Below are positions 1 through 13,121 of a DNA stretch of 64,000 bases, piece by piece. Position numbers and translations under genes: made by a program. Source of the stretch: Scyliorhinus canicula (lineage: Eukaryota); assembly GCF_902713615.1 (NCBI RefSeq), contig NC_052146.1, forward strand, positions 237,659,827 through 237,723,826. The letters run 5' to 3'. Numbering within the stretch: position 1 is the first letter of the stretch; every line of letters starts with the position of its first letter. The notes under the pieces are model-generated. The model saw only the letters and a program-made list of their open reading frames with translations. It was not told the origin of the DNA and ran no database searches.

Positions 1-672
1 CTCAGTTCGACCGGACAATATTACAGTGTGGCTTGGGAGAGATTATGTGATATATCTCCTCGACATTGGACAAAGGATGACTGGAATCTTGAAGTGTTTA
101 ATTGGAGACATGATTCCTTTTGTTCTTGGCAACAGTGGTTTCAGGTTAACTAAATGAAGCCTTCTTGTCGAAACCAGTGTGTTAGAACAGTTGATGCTTA
201 GGCCATGAGCGCCATATGAGAGATTAGGATCTGTGAAGGCTGTCTTTGTTACTTTGAAACTGCTGGACGCCAGCATGTGACCAGCTGGAGATATCTTATC
301 AGCTCAGCAATTATTCATTTTGTAAAGTGCAAAAAAGTGACTTTATAAAGTAGTCCAGCTGACAAATATATATATATATTTATTTCCTTTCATGTCTCGA
401 ACGTGACCCCTTTCATAAATCCATGTTGACTTTGTCTAATCCCATTGATATTTTCTAAATGTCCTGTTACCACATCTTTAATCATTTTCTCTACTGCTGA
501 TGTTCAGCTAACTGGCCTGTAATTGCCTGTTTTCTCCCACCCTCCGTTTTTAAATAGTGGGGTTATATTTGCCACCCTCCAATCTGCTGGGACTGTTCCG
601 GAATCTACAGAATTTTGGAATATAACAACGAACGTCCAACATTTCACTGGCCACATCCTTTAATACCTTGGG

Positions 673-987
673 ATGGCACAGTGGTTAGCACTGCCGCCTC
701 ACAATGCCAGCGACCTGCGTTCAATTCTGACCTTGCGTGACTATGTGGAGTTTGCATGTTCTCCCAGTGTTTGCGTGGGTTTACTCCGGGTGCTCCAGAT
801 TCCCCCCTCAGTACAAAGATGTGCAGATTAGGTGGATTGGGCATGCTGAATTGCCCCTTAGTGTCCAAAGGTTTGGTGGATTACAGGGATAGGTTGGGGG
901 ATTGGGTCCAGGAAGGGTGCTCTTTTGGAGGGTCTGTGCCGACTTGATGGGCTGAATGGCCTCCTTCTGCACTCTAGGGATTCTATT
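673..987 (+). mobile_element. HE1/V-type tRNA SINE with CR1-derived tail
   Basis: TGGCACAGTGGTTAGCAC A-box head; AAGATGTGCAG..AGGTGGATTGG core; ATGGGCTGAATGGCCTCCTTCTGCAC tail. Similar copies at about 16314-16497, 22957-23210, 45597-45902, 49618-49954, 51010-51344, 57745-58065, 59266-59530 and 60018-60190. Confidence 0.85.
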
Positions 988-1721
988 TAGATTATCAGGC
1001 CTTGGGGATTTATCAACTTTCAGTCTCATTAATTTCTCCAGCACTTACTTTTTACTAGTACTAATTTCCTTCAGTTCCTCCTTCTCACTTGGTCCTTAAT
1101 TCTCCAGTATTTCTGGGAAGTTAATTGCGTCTTCTGGGAAGATGGAACTAAAGTAGTTGTTTAATTGTTCCGCCATTTGAGGGGGGCACGGTGGCGGCGT
1201 GGTTAGCACTGCTGCCTCATGGCGCCAAGGTCCCAGGTTCGATCCTGGCCCTGGGTCACTGTGTGGTGTTTGCACATTCTCCCCGTATCTGCATGGGTCT
1301 CACCTCCCCAAAACCAGAAGATGTGTAGGGTAGGTGGATTGGCCATGCTTAATTGCCCCTTTATTGGAAAAACAAAATAAAATAGTTCTGTCATTTCCTT
1401 GTTCCCCATTATCAATTTCCCTGTTTCGGAACCTATGTTTGTCTTCACATATTTTTTTCTCTTTTTACGTGCTTATACTCATCCAGTACTGAATGTTTTG
1501 GTAAGTCATTTGCTAATTTAGCAATAGTGAAGAAATTGAGAGGTGATAGTGAGGTAGAGCTGGGTGTCATTGCCGTATGTCTGAAAACTAACGCTGTACT
1601 TTCAGATAACGTGGTTTAGGGCAGCATGTAGATGTGCAATAGGTGAGGACTAAAGATAGATCCTTGGGGAACTCTATGGTAATGGTGTGGGGTCAGGAGC
1701 AGAAGTCATTGCAAGTGGTTT

Positions 1722-1948
1722 GGGGCAGCACAATGATGCAGTGGTTAGCACTGCTGCCTCTCCGCATCGAGAACCCATGTTCGATCCTGGCCCTGGGTCG
1801 CTGTCTGTGTGGAGTTTGCACATTATCCCCATGTCTGCGTGGGTCTCACCCCCACAGCCCAAAAACTTGTGCAGGATAGGTGGATTGATCGCGCTAAATT
1901 GCCCTGTAATTGGAAAAAAAAATAATTGGGTACTCATTTTTTTTTAAA
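1722..1948 (+). mobile_element. HE1-type SINE, A-tailed subfamily with long TSD
   Basis: TSD AAGTCATTGCAAG(T/G)GGTTT at 1703-1721 and 1949-1967. Sister copies at about 1180-1382, 2697-2925, 4603-4785, 21565-21789, 29251-29467, 34091-34275, 47921-48059 and 60883-61088. Confidence 0.85.
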
Positions 1949-2353
1949 AAGTCATTGCAAGGGGTTTGATGGATATGATTAGAGATAAGAATGGAACCAA
2001 ATGCAGGCATCCCATCCAGCTGGATGACCGTGAAGAGCATTGGAGGAGGATGGTGTGGTCAAACATGTCAACAGCTGTAGACAGGTCAGCGGGGAATTTT
2101 TACCTTTGTCACAGTTGCAGAGGATGTCATTGTGATGTTGATAAGAGCTGTTTTAGTACTGCGGCAGGGGAGGAAACCTGATTGGAGTGATTCAAACATG
2201 GATTTTCAGAAAAATAGATGGACACTGATTGGAAGGCAACACCACATTCAAGGACTTTGGAGAGGAAAGGGACGTTGGAGATAGGACAGTAGTCTCGACG
2301 AGTGGTGTCTGGGGTTGATTTGTTTTTTCGGAGGTAGTGATGATGACAGATTT

Positions 2354-2663
2354 TATTTTTATTATTATAATCTTTATTGTCACAAGTTGGCTTACATTAA
2401 CACTGCAATGAAATTACTGTGAAAATCCCCTAGTCACCACATTCTGGCGCCTGTTCGGGTACACAGAGAGAGAATTCAGAATGTCCAAATTACCTAACAG
2501 CAGATCTTTTGGGTCTTGTGGGAGGAAACCGGAGCACCGGGAGGAAACCCACGCAGACATAGGGAAAACGTGCAGACTCCACACGGACAGTGACCCAAGC
2601 CGGGAATCGAACTTGGGACCCTGGAGCTGTGAAGCAACAGTGTTAACCACTGTGCTACTGTGC
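2354..2663 (-). mobile_element. tRNA SINE with the same head but an alternative 3' tail ending in (TAT)n
   Basis: Tail AACAGGCGCCAGAATGTGG.GACTAGGGG.TTTTCACAG...GACAATAAAGATTAT. Sister copies at 23845-24150 (-) and 49299-49615 (+). Confidence 0.8.
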
Positions 2664-3956
2664 TAGAGGAGAGAACCATTAACAATATAAGCTAATGGGG
2701 CAGCACAGTGGCGCAGTGGGTTAGCCCTACAGCCTCACGGCGCCGAGGTCCCAGATTCGATCCGGGCTCTGGGTCACTGTCCATGTGGAGTTTGCACATT
2801 CTCCCCATGTTTGCGTGGGTTTCACCCCCACAACCCAAAGATGTGCAGGCTAGGTGGATTGGCCATGCTAAATTGCCCCTTAATTGGAAAAAATGAATTG
2901 GGTACACTAAAATAAAATAAAAAATAGAAGCTAACATGGGGTCCTGGGAGGGAAATTGAGCCAACAGTTTAGTGGGAGTAGGGTTGATGGGAACAAGCAG
3001 TGGGTCTAATGGACATGATGAACTCTGAGAGTGCATGAGGGAAGATGGCAGAGAAATTAGAGAATGATGTGTGTTTAGGATTGAGGGAGCTGTAGAGGAT
3101 ATTCAGGGGGGATTTGGGGGGGGGGGGGGGCGGAGGTGAGAGGGCTGTCAGAGAAATTCTTTGCAAGGAGGAAGCTACTAGTTCCCACTTTTAAAAGAAC
3201 TATCTAATTAGTCCCATTGCCTCTATTAAGACTCCGTTTTCAGCTCTGTTGCCAGAATATGAGTGGAGGCTAGGTGTCTTCCAGTAGGCAGAATATTACC
3301 AGGATGTTTCCATTTTTATGCAACCTTAAATGCACCTGTAGTGATGTGGCACTGGTTTACTCCATATCATCATATGCTGTTGGCGTGATGTACAATTCTG
3401 CTATTTAGTGCATCAACACTTAAAATTATATTAATGTATCAATTAATAACATTTTGTTTTTCAACTAATAAGTTACTAGATGAACATGTAACATTAATTA
3501 GTGTGTATTGTATTGGTGGAGAATAGTTCTGCCAGTTTGTGCACTTGCATAATATTTGACATGTGTAAGAGCAACTAAACACTGATGCAGATTGCCTACC
3601 TAGAGAATTCCAGTTGAACGCTTGTTGAGCCCGAGTTGAGCCAAAGTACCATCACTAGAATTAACCATTTCAGTTTTTTCAGTACAACCCAAGTATTTAA
3701 AAAAGAAAATGAGTAAACACTTTCAAAATGGAGCTTTGGTACACTGAAATGCATACTATGTATATAACATTTGACTATATTTAAATGTACTGTAAGGAAA
3801 CTAAAACCCAAGACTGATGCTGCCAAACAAGTGTATATAAATCTATGCTGAAATGCTTCAGATTTTAGGTAATAAATCTTTGCACTTATATTTTCATAGT
3901 CTTTGGACAAATGTTTATAAGATTAATTGATGCAATAAAATACACTTTTTTGTTGA

Positions 3957-4217
<261 letters not shown>

Positions 4218-4444
4218 TGATTGTCCTTCCAAGTGTGGAATTTGGATTTTATCCAACTGGGCAGAACTGAAATCCGAGTCTTGAAGTACTTGTGGGGATT
4301 CTATATCCGTCATCTTCAATACAATTTCACATCAGAAATTAATACTGAATTGTAGTTATGCCTGGAGAGACTGAGGAATAGCCAATTTACAAAATGTATT
4401 TATTACGAACCGACTGCTGCAGCCAGTGTGAGCATTGAAGTGAA

Positions 4445-4602
4445 AGTTTTGAAGTAGGCTGATCCAGGGAAGGATGTAGTTTACACCATCCTGACATACA
4501 ACTATTGTCCTGATCCATTCCTTAGTTTTGAAGTAGGCTGATCCAGGGAAGGATGTAGTTTACACCATCCTGACATACAACTATTGTCCTGATCCATTCC
4601 TT
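4445..4602. repeat. Perfect 79-bp tandem duplication
   Basis: 4445-4523 is identical to 4524-4602. Confidence 0.95.
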
Positions 4603-5187
4603 TTTTATATAAATTTAGAATACCCAATTATTATTTTCCAATTAAGGGCCTAACCACCTATCCTGCACATCTTTGGGTTGTGTGTTGAGACGCATGCAGA
4701 CACTGGGAGAATGTGCAAACTCCACACAGACAGTGACCCGGGTCCTTGGCACTGTGAGGCAGCAGTGCTAGACACCATGCTGCCCTGATTCATTCATTTT
4801 TATTTTCTTGCAGAGGTCATTGTTCATTAACCTACTGTTTTAGCCGTTTTAAAAATGTAATCCCTTGAATTGTGGGAATCAATGACAAAGTCAACACTTA
4901 CTGCCCATCTCTCATTGTCCTGAGAAGGTCGTGGGTGTTTTTCTTGAACTGATGCAGTCAATAGTTTGTTGTGGGTTAACGCAATTGAGTGCTTGCCTGG
5001 CCATTACAGGATGCAGTTAAGAGTCACCCATGTTTTTGTGGAATGACCGTTACATACAGGCAGGAGTGGAAAAGCACAGGATATTTTCTTCCCCACAGAG
5101 CATTAGTGAACCAATGAATTTTTAGCACAATCCAACAGTTTCATGGTCACTTTTTGTGATGCTAGATTTTTTTGAACTGAATTAGAG

Positions 5188-5872
5188 TCATAAATGTTTA
5201 CAGCATGGAAACAGGCCCTTTGGCCCAGCTGGTCCATGCCGCCCAGTTTCTATCACTGTGCAAGTCCCACTTGCCTGCATTTGGCCCATATCCCTCTATA
5301 CCCACCCTGCCCAAGTAACTGTTTAACTGCTTTTTAAAGGACAAAGTTGTACCCGCCTCTACCACTGCCTGTGGCAGCCCGTTCCAGATGCTCATCACCC
5401 TCTGTGCGAAGAAATTTCCTCTCTGGTCTCTCTTGTATCTCCCTCCTCTCACCTTAAACCAATGCCCTCTAGTTCCAGACTCCTCTACCTAAGGTAGATG
5501 TTGACTATCTTCCTCATCAATGCTCCTCATTATTTTATAGACCTCAATAACATCACCCCTAAGCCTCCTACACTCCAGGGAAAAAAGTCCCAGCCTTTCC
5601 TTATAACTCAGACCATCAAGTCCTGGTAACATTCTCTTAAATCTCTTCTGCACTCTTTCTAGTTTAACAATATCCTTCCTGTAATAGGGTGACCAGAACT
5701 GAACACCGTATTCCATGTGTGGTCTTACCAAAGTCTTGTACAACTTCAACAAGACGTCCCAGCTCCTCTATTCAATATTCTGACCAATAAAATCTAGCAT
5801 GCTGAATGCCTCCTTCACCACCCTGTCCACCTGCGACTCCACCTTCAAGGAGCTATGAACCTGTCTTCCTAG
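5188..5872 (-). mobile_element. CR1 LINE 3' fragment in a kinase intron
   Basis: LYKTLVRPHMEYGVQFWSP...LERVQKRF...RRLRGD; 3' tail shared with the HE1-type SINEs. Confidence 0.88.
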
Positions 5873-6506
5873 AATTAAAATTTTCAAATTGCCATGGAGG
5901 AAGTTGAAATCCTATTTTCCCTTGATTATTATTCCATGTCTCTAGATTCCAGTAACAGTACTAAATTTACCCAATGTTTAGACACGAGACCAAAATGGTC
6001 TGTTACAAGTTGCTCGAAAACCACTTTCAGTGTTCGTAATTGACTATTGATAAATTCATGTGGAAATGGAGGAAAAACTACCTTGGTTCTTTTCTTCCCC
6101 TGTCCTAATCATTTCCCATTTTCATCACTAGAAATGTATTCTCTTACAACAGGGAGTGCATCACTGTAAGAGATGATGAAACTTGAATGATTTACAATAC
6201 TGGCTATATGTCGTCCCTTGGCCCTCGAGACTAATTGGTCACTGCAAGGTTTTCAAATAGAGAAAGAAAAAGAGGTAGATTTAATGTTCTGCTAAATTGT
6301 TACAAGATATGGTTGTCTCATCCAAGAATTGCCAAAACTTGTTTCTGATACTGGCTAGCAAATTTCAAAAAGCTTTGGGATATGAAACAACCATCTGATA
6401 AGAAATTATGGATATCTGTAAAATTGATTATTTCTACTCCTCACCCAAATGTTTTACTGCTTAAAAAGTAGCCTTTTATAATGCACTGTGTTTTGCTGTA
6501 TTCTAG

Positions 6507-6663
6507 TATACAATGTTGTCAGGACTGATCCCTTTCCAAAGTATGCAGCAAACAGTAATATCAAGAACTGATGAAATAACAAAAACAATAAAGGAGGGGA
6601 ACTTTATACTTGCCGGGGAAACGTGGAACAATGTTTCACAAGAAGCTAAGGAACTTGTGCAAG
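6507..6663 (+). CDS. RPS6KA5: RPS6KA5-like kinase exon
   Basis: ttctag|TAT...CAA G|gtaatg, 157 nt. YTMLSGLIPFQ...ETWNNVSQEAKELVQ; phase is compatible with both neighbouring exons. Confidence 0.92.
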
Positions 6664-6919
6664 GTAATGTACCTTTCAATCTTTACCATTTGGATCAAAT
6701 TGTTCTGAGTGCTGTAATAAAACGTATGTAAGCTAATAATTATATAATTAATTATTATTTATTGCACTTGCTCTCCAGGGCATTGAACTGGTTAGGGAAC
6801 ATAACAATAAAATTGTGACAACAACATCTGCTCCTAAAGCCATACAAAAAAAGATTATTTATCTATAAATCTATAATTTATCGAACAGTTCTTTTTTCAA
6901 ATGTATTTATTAGCTTTGA

Positions 6920-7111
<192 letters not shown>

Positions 7112-7971
7112 TAAGTCTTAAATCGGAAACTCTGGCCAATTTAAACTGGAGTGATCGGTAATGCATAGGCATTGGATTGTTAATTTACTTCAAAGCAAAG
7201 TTTTTAAAAGTTTAAAAACAATTTTGAATATTTTCAAGTAAACACAAATATTGCCGTAACAAAGCTACCACCAAGGGTTAACTTGAAACTTTATTTCCCC
7301 CTCCCTGCAAAATGGGTAGTTCTAGCTTTTCTATACTTTTCAAAATGTGACAAGGTTCCTTCCAGTTGCTCAGCCCATCCAATAACTGCTAACTAGGACA
7401 GCAGTAGGGATTCTACATATGGGGTTGTCACCCTGGGTTAGGGTCGGGAAGATAAACGTGCTAGAAATCTGTGTGCAAACATTTCTTAAGGAGTGCATTG
7501 GTTTTGACTGTTGAGTAATTCGATTTGTTCATGAATAATTGCCATTTGGATTAGGTACTTTAGTGTGCCCACCAGCTTTCAAACTGTACTCCAGCAGAAA
7601 GTTGAAGACCTTCAGGAGGGTAGAAAATTGGCAAGCAGAAATAGATACTCATGGCATTTTACATGTTTTCAGTGTTTGTCAGGCCACACCACATCCATTT
7701 TAAAAATGGGAGCAGCTTTAAAAAAATTGACAATTAGAAAAGAATCTGTGATGTGGCCTTGCCAGTCCTTGAAAATGTTATCAAAGTTAGACAAGATAAT
7801 AGTTTCTGCATTGTGAACAGTTCGTACTATTAATGAAATAAGTTAACTTAATGCCATCATCCAACATTCGCAAATCCAGTTAGGAGATCTTTACAAAATT
7901 ACTTTATACTATGTTGCACTTCTTGTATCGAGAGCATATTCTTTTTTTTTTAATATTGCTTTCTTATTTAG

Positions 7972-8238
7972 GCCTTTAATAAGTACAAGAGAGAAGGATT
8001 TTTCCTCCAAAGTGTTGAAAATGCTCCTTTGGCAAAGAGGCGAAAGATGAAGAAAAGTAGCACAAGTACAGAGACTCGGAGCAGTTCAAGTGAAAGCTCG
8101 ATTTCTTCCTCATCCCAGTCTCATGGCAGAACATCCCCTGTATGCATCGTCCAAGTTCCTTTACCAGCAAAACAATCTGTTTGTGTCTTCCAGTTTTCTG
8201 AAACTTTAGATAGTAGCTTCAATGATACTTCTGTCTAG
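7972..8238 (+). CDS. RPS6KA5: RPS6KA5-like kinase, terminal coding exon
   Basis: atttag|GCC TTT AAT...TAG. AFNKYKREGFFLQSVENAPLAKRRKMKKSSTSTETRSSSSESS: MAPK-docking/NLS LAKRRK motif and Ser-rich MSK1-type tail. Confidence 0.93.
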   Translation, partial: AFNKYKREGFFLQSVENAPLAKRRKMKKSSTSTETRSSSSESSISSSSQSHGRTSPVCIVQVPLPAKQSVCVFQFSETLDSSFNDTSV

Positions 8239-10235
8239 CTAGTGCAATAACAAACTTGAAGTATTTATTCCTTTTCACGATTGATTAGCAGCTGTGCCTT
8301 CAAACATCTATACCCCAAAATGTGGATTCCCTCCCTAAACCCCTCTGACCCCCACCATCTCTTTCTCTCGCTCTCTACTTGTATCTCTCAGTCCTCACTC
8401 CCTCTCCTATCCACTTAACTTATTTTTCCCTCCATTAAGGGCCTCCCTTAAAACCACATCTTTCTAGAAGCTCCCTTCCTTAGTCTTTCCTCCTTTGGCC
8501 TGTCCCTGTTTTCCTTAGCATCTCTTTGAAGCACTTGGGAGATTTTTCTCATCAAAAATACGATAAATGTAAGCTGTTAACTACATCTAGTTATTTTTAA
8601 CAAGGCTTAAGAAGTAAATTTATTTTGAAAGCATGATTAATTCTTGTAAATTGCTCAAACAATAAAGCTTGTTTTTTGATACAAAAAGGAGCATCTTTAG
8701 TATGCAAATTTGAATAACTACAAGTGGCTTACAATTTAAAGAGGGCTGAATGGTGACGGTGTCTCTGATGTGTTTCTATTCTGAAGCTGAATTCTCTCAT
8801 GCTTGCTTGAGCTGTGATTCTTGTTTTGCCTGGGTGCAACGACTATCTTGCTGTTCAACATTGGGAAGAAGTTTTGATGTCTGAAAGAGTTGACTAAAGA
8901 CATAGAAGTGGAGTTTTTTTTCCTATAAGCAACTTTGTTGGCATAATCATATCCCAGCTTAAATATCTCCCATTGGGTGCCTTGTGGCAGAGAGAGAGAA
9001 TAAACAATTAGTTAGAGAAAGATGGGGTGAGCAGGTGGACACCAAGTTGTTAAAATTGTGGAGGGATAGGGTAGGATACTTCTGAACTATGAGTGAGTGT
9101 GCCTGATATTTTTAGCATTTTAAAAAATTATCAAAAGTTATTTTAGAGTCTAGAATTGTTTAAAATATTACAGCCTAAACCACCTGATACCCACCAAATT
9201 ATGACTTTGTAGGATCATGATGGTGCCATGGATGGGGTTTTCAGAATGGAACCATGAAAAAGGCAGCTTCTGAAGACACAGTGATGATGCATTTTGCAAA
9301 CAGATTCCCAGGCAGTGAGGCATTTACCTAATGGCAGTTTAATTTCTGATGTTTTTGGTTTGTGTCATACTTCACTATGATGTTGCTGTAAAGCAGATGG
9401 GTCTTGTTGGGCAAGAAGCAGGTGAATTAAGCCAAACCCAGAAGCATTGAGAGCTGAGGAGCTAGTTGAGCCATATAAGAAAGCAGAGCACATGGACTGG
9501 GGCATGCAGTCAGGATTGAAAAAAATAGACTTCTGTGTGTTAAGCTTATTTTTGAATTGGAGAAAACGGGGCATGAACTGACATTGATAGACTGAGATGG
9601 AACAGTGCCTAAATTGTGTTGGATGAGAATAATATGGTTTCAGAATAGTCTTTGGGATGACATTTACACTCCTAATTGCATTAAAATGTCGCTTTCGTGG
9701 TGTCCTTTGCTAGGAATTTGGGAATCACAAAGGGCATAAACTTAACAAAAACACAAAGCCAAAGAAAGATAGGCAACCCACAGAAAATCAAGGGGGACCA
9801 AAACTGAAGGCAGCTGAAAATGGATAGACCTCTTGGAGCAAAACTTACTGAACAGGTTTTCAACAAGAGATGGTTTTATGAAGAAGGTGAAAGATAATTT
9901 TTTGTATGTTTTAGTTTTTAAGTTTCCAGACATAAATTATATTTTTTAGGGTTATTCAATTAGTGGCTCAGGCAATCGTGTGGCTGTTCAAGGAATTCAC
10001 AAAGAATTATCTCTGTAATTATATTAGTCTATTTTTTGTGTGTTTATGAATGGTAGTTCAGTAAAAATTTGAAGGATCTAATTGCTCAGTTTTTTCCTGT
10101 TAACTTAATGTTACTGTGTACTACTTTCAATTCAATCATATTTACTTATAATTCAAAATAGATAAGTTGTTATTTCAGCCTATTACAAAATTAACAGATG
10201 GATGATACTTTGAGGTCTAACACTTCTGAAAACAT

Positions 10236-10890
10236 GGCCAGGATTCTCCCCTACCCGGCGGGGCGGGGGGTCCCGGCGTGTCAGAGAGCGTGAACCACTC
10301 CGGCGTCAGGCCGCCCCAAAGGTGCGGAGGTCTCCGCACCTTTAGGGGCCAAGCCCTCGCATTGAGGGGCTAGGCCCGCGCCGGAGTGGTTCCTACTCCG
10401 CTGGCTGGCGTGAACTGCCTTTGGCGCCACGCCAGCCGGGGCCGATAGGATTTTGCCGGCCGGCATAAGTCCACGCATGCGCCGGAGCGTCAGCGGCTGC
10501 TGACGTCATACCGGCGCATGCGCTGGGGAGGTCTCTTCAGCCTCTGCCACGATGAAGACCATGGCGAAGGCGGAAGAAAAAGAATGCCCCCAAGGCACTG
10601 CCCCCCCCCCCCCCCCCCACCGCCGATCGGTGGGTCCCGATCGCGGGCCAGTCCACCGTGGGGGCAAGATCGCCCCACGCCCCCCCCCTGGAGCCCGCCC
10701 AATCCCGCCGGTCAAGTAGGTGGTTTAATCCACGCTGGCGGGAGAGGCCTGTCAGCGGCAGGACTTTGGCCCATCGCGGGCCAGAGAATCGCCACAGGGG
10801 GCCCGCCGACCGGCGCGGCACGATTCCCGCCCCCGCCGGATCTCGCCGGCCCCGGGCGATTCTCCGGCGGTGGGTCGGGGAATCCCACCC
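10236..10890. mobile_element. GC-rich MITE with 3-bp TSD (PIF/Harbinger-like)
   Basis: Imperfect TIRs GGCCAGGATTCTCC and GGGGAATCCCACCC flanked by CAT on both sides. Explains the cluster of spurious Pro/Gly/Arg-rich ORFs. Confidence 0.7.
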
Positions 10891-11724
10891 CATAATTTTA
10901 GCTGTGATACCTTTGAAAGAGTTAATGTAATGGACATGCACGGATTTAATTATGTAGATAAGGTTTCACTGAGTAAAGTTTTTGGTATAAGCTATTAACA
11001 TAAAGCAATGATGTATATTTGTTTTTTGTAAATATGCACTGTAATGAATACAGCACTTCAAATATATTTTAAGACTCCACTGTGTAATAAATACTTATTT
11101 TCCTAAAATAAATGTCATTTCCTATCCAGGAAAGGGAAATTTGCTTCCATTACTCTGATCATGTACCAGTTATGTGAAAACTGGGTTGGTTTTAATGATA
11201 GATTACAGACAAGACTTCAGAACTGTTGAAACTATTTATTTGAAAATAGCTTTTAAACTGTTGTTAGAAGCTCATTTTGAATTATTTGAGAAATATATTC
11301 TAGCTGGTCTAGGAAAAGGATACAGTCTTAACTGTTGCTTGCAAACTATTTTGACTATGTCTGTGACTGCTAATGATCGTTAATCACAGCTGCTTTGTGT
11401 AACAAAATAAGATACCATCTTCCTAATATGCTTTCTCTAAATATACACTCAGTTGTTATTTTTATAACGTTTGATTCATTTTTGTGCAGTTAAATTGAAT
11501 TTTAAATTAATTTACTTGTGTTTCTGTTAAGGTGACCGGGTACAGGGAACAAAAACATTTCATGCAACAAAAGTTAGTGAAAAACTGCTTATGTGTTTTT
11601 CAATAAACCAGTTCAAAAACATTCATCCCTTTTTGTTTTATTAACAGTAGCATTAGAATATTATGACTTAATTTATGCACCAATATTTGCACAGCTAATT
11701 TGCTGCAATTATTTCAGAATCAGG

Positions 11725-12600
11725 TGATTATTCAGCCCGTTGTGTTGGCCCTTCGAAGGAGCCAGTCCCCTACCTTCTCCCCAGAGCCCTGCACATTCTT
11801 TATTTTCATACAATCTTTCTTGAATGGCTCACTTGAACCAGCCTCCCCAACACACACACACAGTGCGTTCCATAACCACTTGCTGTGCAAAAACATTTTT
11901 CATGTTGCCGCTGATTTTGACAATTACCTTAAATCTGTGCCCTCTTTCTCTCTATACTTCCAGCAATGGGTAGTTTTTCTCTTTCTATTCTGCCCAGACC
12001 CCTCATGATTTTGATACATCTATCAAATCTCCTCTCCACCTTCTCTTCTCCAAGCAAAACAATCCCAATTTATCCAATGTATTTTAGTAACCCAAAGTTA
12101 TTTATCCCTGGAATAATTCTTATGAATCTTTTCTGCACTCTCCAAAGCCTTCACATCCTTCCTAATGTGTAGTGCCCAGACTGAAGGCTCCAGATGAGGC
12201 CAAATAAGGGTTCTTTGCAAGTTTAACATAACTTCCTTGCTTTTATACTCACTGCCCCTATTCCTAAAGCCTAGGGTGCTGTATGCTTTATTAACTGCCC
12301 TTTCCACCTGTCCTGTCACCTCCAATGATTTATGCACATATACAACAAGAGCCCTCTCCTCTTACACACACTTTAGAATTATACCTTTTACTTTATATTA
12401 ACATTTTTCCGCATTAAATTTCAACTGCCACTTGTCCACCTGTCCCACCAATCTGTTTGCATACTTTGAAGTTCTACACCATCCTCCTCACGGGTCACGA
12501 TCCTTCCAAGTTTCGTCTCCAAATTTTGAAATTGTCCGAATACACCAAGGTCTAGGTCAGGCAGAATAAGAGTCCTAATACTGACTCCTAGTCCAAAAAC
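11725..12600 (-). mobile_element. Degenerate CR1 fragment
   Basis: AVNKAYSTLGF.NRG.EYKSKEVMLNL.RTLI.PHLE. Confidence 0.75.
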
Positions 12601-12618
12601 ATCCATTCCCCACTTCTG

Positions 12619-13121
12619 GGGCGAAATTCTCCGACCCCTCAAAAGGTCGGGGAATTGCCCGGGGCCGGCGTAAATCCTGCCCGTGCCGTGGCCAGAATTC
12701 TCGCCACCCGGGAATTAGCGGGAGCGGGAATCACGCCCCGCCAATCGGCGTGCCCCCGCGGCGATTCTCAGGCCCGCGATGGGCCGAAGTCCTGCCGCTG
12801 TCAGGCCTCTCCCGCCGACGTGGTTTAAACCATCTCTGTGCCGGCGGGATTGGCGGCGCGAGCGGACCCCCGGAGTCCTGGGAGGGGGGGCGGGGGCGGC
12901 GCGGGGTGATCGGACCCCGGGGGGTGCCCCCACGGTGGCCTGGCCCGCGATCGGGGCCCACCGATCGGCGGGCGGGCCAGTGCCGTGGTGGCACTCTTTT
13001 TCTTCCACCGCCGCCACGGCCTCCACCATGGCGGAGGCGGAAGAGACACCCTCCACTCCAGCCGGCGGAGTGGGAGCCACTCCGGTGCGGGCCTAGCCCC
13101 TAAAGGCGCGGAGAATTCCAC
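12619..13121. mobile_element. Truncated, inverted copy of the same GC-rich MITE family
   Basis: Reverse-complement similarity to 10320-10890; starts GGGCGAAATTCTCC; abuts the L1 fragment. Confidence 0.7.

Noticed and set aside
673-750. tRNA genes at SINE heads
   Set aside because: A/B boxes are present, but they continue into SINE bodies and I could not fold convincing cloverleafs.
10281-13121. Many overlapping Pro/Gly/Arg-rich ORFs
   Set aside because: By-product of GC-rich MITEs that lack stop codons; no protein motifs.
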